NCBI GenBank assembly: GCA_001822835.1
Contig: MHSS01000005.1
Location: forward strand, 1,719 to 65,718
Source: Candidatus Terrybacteria bacterium RIFCSPHIGHO2_01_FULL_48_17
Lineage (GTDB): Bacteria; Patescibacteriota; Minisyncoccia; Terrybacterales; 2-01-FULL-58-14
DNA length: 64,000 bases
Reading direction: 5' to 3'
Part shown: piece by piece, positions 28,078-35,098 of the stretch
Numbering within the stretch: the stretch's first letter is position 1
How the letters are laid out: the number at the start of each line of letters is the position of its first letter
Translations under genes and position numbers: made by a program
Notes under the pieces: generated by a model
What the model was told of the DNA's origin: nothing
The model's database searches: none
Seen by the model: only the letters and a program-made list of their open reading frames with translations

Positions 28078-28144
28078 GACGGAGGGAATCGCCCCGCAAC
28101 TGCGGGGTTGGAGACCGCCGTAATGGCCCTTATACCACGCCCCT
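28078..28144 (-). ncRNA. degenerate partial copy of tRNA-Trp (pseudo-tRNA; 5' two-thirds with the CCA anticodon loop retained, acceptor 3' strand lost)
   Basis: AGGGGCGTGG...GGCGGTCTCCAACCCCGCAGTTGCGGGGCGATTCCCTCC aligns to tRNA-Trp positions 1-65. It has a 2-nt T-loop deletion and no complementary 3' acceptor strand. Confidence 0.5.
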
Positions 28145-28309
28145 ATGCCCGCACGCGGCGCGGGAAACTCTAAATCCAAAATCCTAAACTCTAATCCCTG
28201 CCTGCCAGCAGGTAGGTCGAAATCCGAAATAAATCAAAAAACTGTTCCTCTTCCTTTTTCTCTAAAGCGCGGATGGTATCAAGAAAAGTCCCTCCCTGCG
28301 AGCGAACTT

Positions 28310-28383
28310 CCGGAAAAATTCTCTCGGGCTGGCGGTGGGATCAATAATGCATCGCAGTCAATGGAGGCGGAGAATTTTTCCGG
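28310..28383. repeat. perfect 14-bp inverted repeat CCGGAAAAATTCTC...GAGAATTTTTCCGG with 46-nt spacer
   Basis: Read directly from the sequence. Both arms are followed by tcgg. Confidence 0.6.
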
Positions 28384-28426
28384 TCGGTTCGCGAGCTATC
28401 CTCTGTTTCGAAATACGCTACCCGCA

Positions 28427-28588
28427 CTATTTCCGCTTTGTCTCTTTTTGGACCGTATGCTTCCTGCAAAACTTGCAGTATTTTTTCAGCTCCAGCTTGC
28501 GCTCAACCGTTTTTCGGTTTTTGAACGCATAGCGCGTAACTCTCTTACATTCTTTACACGCCATGCGAATAAGGTTGTCCTGGGACAT
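28427..28588 (-). CDS. rpmG: 50S ribosomal protein L33
   Basis: MSQDNLIRMACKECKRVTRYAFKNRKTVERKLELKKYCKFCRKHTVQKETK carries the L33 zinc-ribbon pattern. Confidence 0.85.
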   Translation of the reverse strand: MSQDNLIRMACKECKRVTRYAFKNRKTVERKLELKKYCKFCRKHTVQKETKRK

Positions 28589-28594
28589 AGCTGA

Positions 28595-28715
28595 TAAATC
28601 CAAATGAAAAAATCCCAATGTCAAATAAAATCCCAAATCCCAAAATCAAAATTTAGACATTGAGACATTCAGATATTTATTTGGCATTTGAGCTTAGACA
28701 TTGGTCATTAAAGGA
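28595..28715. repeat. AT-rich repeat patch of the aatcccaaat / attggtcatt family upstream of rpmG
   Basis: aaatcccaatgtcaaataaaatcccaaatcccaaaatc ... gacattggtcatt. It shares k-mers with 4608-4768 and 3208-3330. Confidence 0.4.
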
Positions 28716-28719
28716 TTAA

Positions 28720-29226
28720 TTAGTTTTTCTTTTCCCATTGCCTAGCGCCTGTGTTGTATTCCCAAAATTCCTGCGGAGGGTTTAAAAAAATGACGTCCTC
28801 CCCTTCAATTATTTCCCAACCGTTCTCGCCTGCGCCATAGAGTGCTGCACGCTCCCATGCCCCATTGCGGCTTTGAAGATACGCCATGCGCATGCCTTCC
28901 CGTGTTTGATACTCCGCATACACGCCGCCGTCTCTGGCAAACCAAAAACGCTTAACGTCTTCTTTTGTTCCATTTGCGAGCAATGGCTCAATATCAGTAA
29001 GGATATCATCAATAGTGCTGCGCTGCTCTGTTTCTTCAACCATCTCTTCATCGCCCACAAGCTCTTCTGACCCATTATTATTCGTAGATGATGTTTTCTC
29101 CTTTTGCTCTTCTTTTTGGGGGGTTGGAGAAAAATCGCCGCGCTGCCATAAGAATATACCAATCGCCACCACCCCAAGTAATGGCAGAATTATAATGGGA
29201 TTTTTTTTTAGAAGAAAACGAAGCAT
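28720..29226 (-). CDS. hypothetical membrane-anchored protein with acidic linker
   Basis: N-terminal TM helix, a Glu/Lys-rich linker and a C-terminal globular region. No family recognised. Confidence 0.35.
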   Translation of the reverse strand: MLRFLLKKNPIIILPLLGVVAIGIFLWQRGDFSPTPQKEEQKEKTSSTNNNGSEELVGDEEMVEETEQRSTIDDILTDIEPLLANGTKEDVKRFWFARDGGVYAEYQTREGMRMAYLQSRNGAWERAALYGAGENGWEIIEGEDVIFLNPPQEFWEYNTGARQWEKKN

Positions 29227-29293
29227 AACTATATAGAGAAAAGGGATTAAGGAATAGAGAGTAGGAAAACTATCGGAAGCTCAATCGCTTTTG

Positions 29294-29366
29294 AGCCAGC
29301 GGTGGGAATTGAACCCACGACCTACTCCTTACCATGGAGTTGCTCTGCCGCTGAGCTACGCTGGCT
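29294..29366 (-). tRNA. tRNA-Thr(GGT): tRNA-Thr (anticodon GGU)
   Basis: Manual fold: acceptor GCCAGCG/CGCTGGC, D arm GCTC-AGCGGCA-GAGC, anticodon stem ACTCC/GGAGT with loop ATGGTAA, T arm GTGGG-TTCAATT-CCCAC. CCA is not encoded. Confidence 0.75.
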
Positions 29367-29616
29367 GGAGGTTATCATCATCCGGCTCTTCGTCTCCTTT
29401 CTCAAGGCCATACTTAACCAAAATTTTATGCGCTTCTTCTTTGCAACCGGCATCAACGCAATCTTCAAAAAGCGCGGTGATAGCCCGATCAAGCAAACGG
29501 ATACCTTCCTTATTTAAACCAGATTCCGCTTCGGTTCGTTGTTGCACGGCATGCTCCATGCGCCCCAAAAGACCTCGGTACCTATCTTGTTCTGGTGGCT
29601 GTTCTGATTCTGGCAT
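29356..29616 (-). CDS. hypothetical acidic small protein (doubtful; the 3' end overlaps tRNA-Thr)
   Basis: ORF only. Confidence 0.2.
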   Translation of the reverse strand: MPESEQPPEQDRYRGLLGRMEHAVQQRTEAESGLNKEGIRLLDRAITALFEDCVDAGCKEEAHKILVKYGLEKGDEEPDDDNLQPA

Positions 29617-29704
29617 AAAAAAACGGCCTAACACCGTATCCCCACTCTACGAAATTGTTGGAGACGTTTCAAGGGTATAGTAGGTCAGGCCCGACGAAGC
29701 CGCG

Positions 29705-31279
29705 TCAGACGCGGCGAAGCACGGTGCCGGCTCGCATGTTGTTGCATTTGCCTCCTTCTACTACCACTTTACCGTTTACCAAAACAGAGCTAATGCCTTG
29801 CGGTGCCTGCCAAGGGTTTGCAAACGTCGCCCGATCTTCAACTGTTTCGGGATCGAACACGACAATATCGGCAGCTGCGCCTTTTACAAGCACCCCCCTT
29901 TGCATAAGCCCCACTTGCCTTGCGGGTTGGGAAGTCATGCGCCGCACCGCCTCTTCCAGGGAAAGCTTCTTGTGCTCACGGACTAAATATTTTAATGCGC
30001 GCGGAAATGTTCCAAACGAACGCGGATGCGGCTGCTCTCCGCCTTCTTCAACATGAAGGGTATAGCCCGCTCCTGCCGACCCCACCAATGCAAGCGGATG
30101 GCTTAACGTATTCCATACCTCCTGTTCGTCTTTAAAGGATTCCCGCAATAAAATTACCTTGCCGTCATTTGATAAGAAAAGCCCCGCAACCGCTTCTCCC
30201 ACGCTTAAACCGGCATCATCCGCAAGCTCCTTTATGGTTTTTCCAACCAATGAGGCGTCCCGCCGCGCAACCAATATTCGTGCGTCGGCAATTTCCGCCT
30301 CTCGTTCAGAAATCTCTACAGCAACCCTTGCGCGCGTAGGTGCATGGCGCAAACGTTCCAGCATTTTTGCAAGCCCGCCTTCTTGCGCCCATTCAGGAAG
30401 AACCATATAGAGCACCTCGCTCATGAAGTGATACGGGTAAAAATCAAATAAGCAGTGCCCTTCTTTCTCAGAAAATTCAGAAAGCCGGGCAAGCGCTTGC
30501 GTAAACATCTCTTTGTTCCCCTGCCCTGCGTGTTTAAAATGGGAAATCTCAAGACGAACCCCGGAGCGGCGCGCAAGCGCCAATGCCTCCTCAAGCGACG
30601 CCAAAAGCCGATCGTCTTCGTGCCGCAGATGAACGGCGAAATAACCGTCCGCTTCTTTAGCCGCATCAAGTAGTTTTTCAAGCTCCCACTCAGGAGATGA
30701 TCGCGCGTGAAGATAGGCGGGAGCGTAAGACAACCCAAACGCTCCTTCAGAAAATGCCTCTTTTACCAAAAATCTCATTTTCTCGTGCTCCTCATCCGTC
30801 GGCACGCGCGCTTCGTCTCCTAAAATCGCCCGCCGCACTGTGGTATGACCGACCAAACTTGCTACGTTCACCCCCGGTTTTAATCCCTCAAGCATATCGA
30901 GAAATTCTCCGAACCGTTCCCAATCAACATTAACGCCTTGGGTTTCTCCCCATTTTTGAACCACCGCAATAAGACGCCCATGCGGAAAGGGGGCCAATGA
31001 TGCCCCGCAATTGCCCAATACAACACTGGTAACCCCCTGCACAAGCATGCTTTCGCTTGTGGGATTACGCAGTATGGTAAGGTACGCATCGCTGTGGTTG
31101 AGAATATCAATAAAACCGGGAGAAACAACCATACCGGCTGCATCGATAACCTTTGTGCTTGCCGAAGCCGAAAAAGAACCGATGTCGGTTATTCTCCCCT
31201 TATCTACGGCAACATCTGCCGCAAAACGGGGTTTGCCAGTACCGTCAACAACCGAACCTCCTTTAATGAGTAATTCCAT
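29705..31279 (-). CDS. amidohydrolase-family protein, N-acyl-D-amino-acid deacylase (D-aminoacylase)-like, with a degenerate HxH motif
   Basis: The N-terminus MELLIKGGSVVDGTGKPRFAADVAVDKGRITDIG...VIDAAGMVVSPGFIDILNHSD is D-aminoacylase-like, but the metal-binding HxH reads LNH. The ORF-track N-terminal extension was discarded. Confidence 0.65.
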   Translation of the reverse strand: MELLIKGGSVVDGTGKPRFAADVAVDKGRITDIGSFSASASTKVIDAAGMVVSPGFIDILNHSDAYLTILRNPTSESMLVQGVTSVVLGNCGASLAPFPHGRLIAVVQKWGETQGVNVDWERFGEFLDMLEGLKPGVNVASLVGHTTVRRAILGDEARVPTDEEHEKMRFLVKEAFSEGAFGLSYAPAYLHARSSPEWELEKLLDAAKEADGYFAVHLRHEDDRLLASLEEALALARRSGVRLEISHFKHAGQGNKEMFTQALARLSEFSEKEGHCLFDFYPYHFMSEVLYMVLPEWAQEGGLAKMLERLRHAPTRARVAVEISEREAEIADARILVARRDASLVGKTIKELADDAGLSVGEAVAGLFLSNDGKVILLRESFKDEQEVWNTLSHPLALVGSAGAGYTLHVEEGGEQPHPRSFGTFPRALKYLVREHKKLSLEEAVRRMTSQPARQVGLMQRGVLVKGAAADIVVFDPETVEDRATFANPWQAPQGISSVLVNGKVVVEGGKCNNMRAGTVLRRV

Positions 31280-31322
31280 ACAAATAAAATCTATCCACGA
31301 ATCATGCTCATTATACCACGGC

Positions 31323-32375
31323 CTATGCAAAAAGGTGCACGGCAACCCCAAGACCCGCCGCAACTGAAGAGACAACCCACAAACGCATGGTAACTTTATA
31401 AGGCGGCCAGCCAAGCGCCTCAAAATGATGATGGAGCGGCGTTGAAAGAAAAATCTTCTTTTTTCGGATGCGTTTTGATAAAAGTTGCACAATAACCGAA
31501 CCCGCCTCGACAACCAAAACAATACCGATAATAGGAAGCACCAATACAGCTCCCGTCAAAAAAGCGACAACGGTTAACGTTGCGGTAAGGCCTAAAATGC
31601 CGGTCTCTCCTGCATAGAAACGGGCCGGCGGTATATTAAACCACAAAAACGCAAGCAAACTTCCAACTATCGCGCCAGAGAAAGCCGCAAGATCAATCTG
31701 GTTCTGCACCAAAGCAATAATGCCATAAGCACTAAACATGGTCGCAAAAACCCCACCGGCAAGGCCATCAAGTCCATCTACCACGCCTCCGCTAAATGTT
31801 GCCAGCATCACCAAAACAAAAAAAGGCATCATAAGCCAACCGATTTCAACCACGCCAACATAAGGAACAGCAAGTGCAGAAACCCCCAAACGCTCATAAA
31901 ACCACCACGCGCCAACCGCACCGATCGCCGCAACCAAAAGAATGCGGTGGCGCAAGCGAATACCCCCCGCGATATATCCTCCTTTTCCGGAAACCTGCAA
32001 CCAATCGTCTGCAAACCCAAGGAGAGAGGCGGCAACCAGCGTAAACAATGGCAGCCACGTCTGGCTACGGCTTAAAAAATTAAGTTTATTGATAAAACCA
32101 AAATCCTGCCACTGTGAAAGAATCCAAAAAACCAGCGTTACGGCAAGTACGGTTATCCAGATCAACAAACCGCCCATGCGCGGGACAGAAACTTCGCGCT
32201 CGCCGTGCAGTTTTGCAAAAATAGGCGTGGGAGAACCATCCGGCGCATGCGTGCGCACCCGCTTACGCCATAGTTGCTTTTTATATAACCATGCGGTCAA
32301 AAGCGGCGTCCACAAAATCGCCGCGACAAACGATACCGCAACCATAAGGGTTACTTTAACGACATCTTGATCCAC
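31323..32375 (-). CDS. mraY: phospho-N-acetylmuramoyl-pentapeptide transferase MraY, GTG start
   Basis: GT4 motifs (DDWLQV, VVDGLDGLAGG, FYAGETGILGL) and the MraY-specific PLHHHFE. Confidence 0.85.
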   Translation of the reverse strand: MDQDVVKVTLMVAVSFVAAILWTPLLTAWLYKKQLWRKRVRTHAPDGSPTPIFAKLHGEREVSVPRMGGLLIWITVLAVTLVFWILSQWQDFGFINKLNFLSRSQTWLPLFTLVAASLLGFADDWLQVSGKGGYIAGGIRLRHRILLVAAIGAVGAWWFYERLGVSALAVPYVGVVEIGWLMMPFFVLVMLATFSGGVVDGLDGLAGGVFATMFSAYGIIALVQNQIDLAAFSGAIVGSLLAFLWFNIPPARFYAGETGILGLTATLTVVAFLTGAVLVLPIIGIVLVVEAGSVIVQLLSKRIRKKKIFLSTPLHHHFEALGWPPYKVTMRLWVVSSVAAGLGVAVHLFA

Positions 32376-32382
32376 AACACAT

Positions 32383-32452
32383 TACTACGAAATACGAATC
32401 GGTACGAAGATACGAATTTGTATATTCGTAAAATATTCATACTTCGTAGTAT
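32383..32452 (-). promoter_or_regulatory. 70-nt nested palindrome built from TACGAAT/ATTCGTA units in the mraY 5' region
   Basis: tactacgaaatacgaat at 32383-32399 pairs with attcatacttcgtagta at 32436-32452. The inner palindrome is tacgaat-ttgtat-attcgta. The same tactacgaaatacgaat string and a 4x tacgaat array sit upstream of rplK (3761-3800). Confidence 0.4.
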
Positions 32453-32456
32453 TTTC

Positions 32457-33011
32457 TTAAAAGCCGATACGGCGTAAAAAAAGATCGAGCGCAGAATACT
32501 TCTGTTCAACTTCGGGAATAAAGGTAAGAAGCGCACGCCTCACTAAAACCGGGTCTTGTTTCCCCAAGGGGATGATGAGTTCCGGAACGAGCAAGCCCTT
32601 TCTTCTTATAGCAAGCTCTTTAATGTCTGGAGGGTCATAAAAAATCCAAAAAGATTGTAGATCCTCAAACTTAAAAAGTTTTTTCCCAATTTCCAAACCG
32701 CGGGGAGTAATGTGAAACGTATATGAATGAGCGGGACGAAATGCGTATAACAGCCACACTACTGCCCCGACTACCACAAGTATAATACCAAAGAAATTGC
32801 GCGAAAAAATAAAAAAGACCAGTGCGATAAAAGCAACAAACCCGGTAGCCATCATCCAAGAAGCCGAATCTTTTGGGCGCGAAGGAAATTCTGCGGCCTC
32901 CCATTGCAACACCAGCGGCTGTTTTTGCGGCTCTGGAGGGATGGCCTGAGTGGTGAGGGCTGGTTTTTTTTCGTCTGGTTTCTTTCGTAAATCCAGAATC
33001 TTTTGTGGCAT
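32457..33011 (-). CDS. hypothetical membrane protein
   Basis: Two TM helices. No family recognised. Confidence 0.35.
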   Translation of the reverse strand: MPQKILDLRKKPDEKKPALTTQAIPPEPQKQPLVLQWEAAEFPSRPKDSASWMMATGFVAFIALVFFIFSRNFFGIILVVVGAVVWLLYAFRPAHSYTFHITPRGLEIGKKLFKFEDLQSFWIFYDPPDIKELAIRRKGLLVPELIIPLGKQDPVLVRRALLTFIPEVEQKYSALDLFLRRIGF

Positions 33012-33083
33012 CGTATTTCAGCTTATCACGAAACTATTTGACCTGCACCCGTAAGGGTTCTACAGTAAAAAGACCGCGCAGCT

Positions 33084-33170
33084 GGAGAGGTGGCTGAGTG
33101 GCCGAAAGCGGCGCCGTGCTAAGGCGTTAACCCCGCAAGGGGTTCGTGGGTTCGAATCCCACCCTCTCCG
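33084..33170 (+). tRNA. tRNA-Ser(GCT): tRNA-Ser (anticodon GCU), class II with long variable arm
   Basis: Acceptor GGAGAGG/CCTCTCC, anticodon loop GTGCTAA, variable stem-loop CCCC-GCAA-GGGG, T arm GTGGG-TTCGAAT-CCCAC. Confidence 0.75.
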
Positions 33171-33259
33171 TATTTTAAGATTATTATAAAATCACTGCGC
33201 ATAAAAGCTGTTTATCGGAAATCGGATTTTAGGTTCTAAGAGGAATCGGTTACAAAAAT

Positions 33260-33514
33260 ATGGACTTGATCCAATCGATTGGATATTTAGCGGGGTTCAT
33301 AATTGCCGTTGCCCTAACGCCACAAGTTATCCAGGCCTGGAAAACAAAATCTACAAAGGACATATCTTTACCCTGGACTATCATATTATTATTAGGCCTA
33401 TTGTTATATTTTATCTATGGACTTGGTATAAAGGAAATGCCGATCATAGTAATGAATACGATTGAAACACTTTTGGTTATATCACTGATTATTGCCAAAT
33501 TAATTTATAAATAA
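33260..33514 (+). CDS. SemiSWEET / PQ-loop sugar transporter
   Basis: 84 aa, three TM helices and the PQ motif (ALTPQVIQAWKTKSTKDIS). Confidence 0.7.
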   Translation: MDLIQSIGYLAGFIIAVALTPQVIQAWKTKSTKDISLPWTIILLLGLLLYFIYGLGIKEMPIIVMNTIETLLVISLIIAKLIYK

Positions 33515-33590
33515 AAGGCTGAAATCCGTATCTGTTCGAATTTTTTCGAACGCACACCGTATTGTTTTAGCGCTATTATCTATATAAAAC

Positions 33591-33962
33591 TTGAAAATCC
33601 TTATGATGTCGGAACAGCAAAGAATGGAACAGGTGCCGGAGGAACAAGCAAAGCCATATCAAGAAATGCCTTTTGACGTTACCCCGACCATTGTTTTACG
33701 CGAAGAAAAATATGGCGCCGGTTTCCCGAAAGGAGAACAAGGAGAAGAACGCAATGGTTTCTCTTTTTATGAATTGCGCGAAAACCCTAAAACAAAAACC
33801 CTTGAGCTTTTTTATATAACCTCGCGCATTAATGATGCTCCGATTTTAGAGGCGGTGACCGAAACCCAACAAAATATATGGGAGAAAAAGAGAATTATTG
33901 CGCGGCCCGCCAGATTTTTATGGAATGAGGAATCTGCCCAATGGAAAATAGTCGAGGATTAA
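33591..33962 (+). CDS. hypothetical protein
   Basis: ORF only. Confidence 0.3.
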   Translation: MKILMMSEQQRMEQVPEEQAKPYQEMPFDVTPTIVLREEKYGAGFPKGEQGEERNGFSFYELRENPKTKTLELFYITSRINDAPILEAVTETQQNIWEKKRIIARPARFLWNEESAQWKIVED

Positions 33963-34040
33963 TGCGTAACGCGCTTTCGTTTTAACGGTGGGATGCCAGA
34001 ATGGACGATTGGGGCGGGGGGTCTTGTCCCGCAATATGGC

Positions 34041-34132
34041 GGAGGGTTGGCTGAGTATGGCTTAAGGCGCTGGTCTTGAAAACCAGTTGGGGAGCAATCC
34101 CCTCGCAGGTTCAAATCCTGCACCCTCCGCCA
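34041..34132 (+). tRNA. tRNA-Ser(TGA): tRNA-Ser (anticodon UGA), class II, CCA encoded
   Basis: Acceptor GGAGGGT/ACCCTCC, anticodon stem CTGGT/ACCAG with loop CTTGAAA, long variable arm, T arm GCAGG-TTCAAAT-CCTGC, G plus CCA. Confidence 0.8.
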
Positions 34133-34203
34133 TGTAACGGGATTGCGATTTGTAACTAAAAATTTTTCTCGTAGCATAAATTTTTAGATAAATCGGTAAA
34201 AAC

Positions 34204-34252
34204 CGCTATACCCGAAAGGTATCGGAGGTTCAAATCCTCCTCCCACCGCCAT
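34204..34252 (+). ncRNA. orphan tRNA 3' half (variable stem-loop, T arm, acceptor 3' strand and CCA) with no adjacent 5' half
   Basis: ATACC-CGAAA-GGTAT hairpin, then GGAGG-TTCAAAT-CCTCC, TCCCACC, G and CCA. A complementary GGTGGGA lies 220 nt upstream at 33988-33994, on the other side of tRNA-Ser(TGA). Confidence 0.4.
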
Positions 34253-34343
34253 ATTCCTATAACTTGGTTAGACCCCGCACCAATACTGCAGTATGATGCG
34301 GGACAAGTACAGTGCCCCGCCATTCTTAATTCGTTCTCTTTGC

Positions 34344-34417
34344 GTCCCCGTAGCTCAGCTGGATAGAGCGCCAGCTTGCGGAGCTGGAGGTCGCAGGTTC
34401 AAATCCTGTCGGGGACG
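34344..34417 (+). tRNA. tRNA-Arg: tRNA-Arg (anticodon read as GCG; G37), embedded in a 16-bp extended precursor stem
   Basis: Acceptor GTCCCCG/CGGGGAC, D arm GCTC-AGCTGGATA-GAGC with A20, anticodon stem CCAGC/GCTGG with loop TTGCGGA, T arm GCAGG-TTCAAAT-CCTGT. The flanks tctctttgc and gcaaagaga extend the acceptor helix. Confidence 0.65.
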
Positions 34418-34575
34418 CAAAGAGAATGCAAAAACGAAGGCGGGGAGGCCGCAAGTTTTTCCGACTGGCCCGCGAGCACGACGAGTGGTTTGCCAGTCGC
34501 AATCCGCCAAAATGAGCGAAGCCGTATCTGACGCAGCGAAACCGAATCAGGCGGAGCGAAGCGAATGACGGCGGG

Positions 34576-34595
34576 CAAATCCTGTCGGGGACGCA
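34576..34595 (+). repeat. 20-bp perfect direct repeat of the tRNA-Arg 3' end (att-like)
   Basis: caaatcctgtcggggacgca at 34400-34419 (inside the tRNA) and again at 34576-34595. Confidence 0.6.
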
Positions 34596-34654
34596 GAACG
34601 CGTAAAAGCAAAAGCTTGGACGCAACGTACATTGAAAATGGGAGCGAAACGAAA

Positions 34655-35086
34655 ATGGCAAAATATGTCTTTCTTACAGAACGGGAAAAAGTTCACGCGA
34701 AATTCTTACTGAAAGAACTTTGCGAATTCGCTGATAGTATCTTTTTGGAATGGTTACAAAAACAAGGTCTTGCACAACCCTCTGTGCTTATGCTGGAGCA
34801 GCCGCAAGCGATACAACACTTTAAAACTTCTTCTATCCTGCACATCAACTTGCTTCTTACGGCAGCCCTATCTTCTCCCGAGAACGCTCGTGAAAATACT
34901 TTATCATTTCTTGGTGACTATAAAGTTCTTTTAGACGAGGTGGAGAGGTGCAACAATACTATATTTCAAATAATGGAGGACTGTGCAAACAAACTCATAT
35001 CCGTACAAGAAGCGGAACGCATGATGCGAGCACATGCTCACGCATTTATTATAAAGGTACAGGCACTGCAAAAAGAAATTGAATGA
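34655..35086 (+). CDS. hypothetical protein
   Basis: ORF. The start was moved to MAKYVF because the upstream part overlaps the tRNA-derived repeat. Confidence 0.35.
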   Translation: MAKYVFLTEREKVHAKFLLKELCEFADSIFLEWLQKQGLAQPSVLMLEQPQAIQHFKTSSILHINLLLTAALSSPENARENTLSFLGDYKVLLDEVERCNNTIFQIMEDCANKLISVQEAERMMRAHAHAFIIKVQALQKEIE

Positions 35087-35098
35087 TCCTGCATTTCT

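Noticed and set aside
28145-28594. 149-aa plus-strand ORF
   Set aside because: It overlaps the 14-bp inverted repeat and the antisense of rpmG. No domain signal. Likely spurious.
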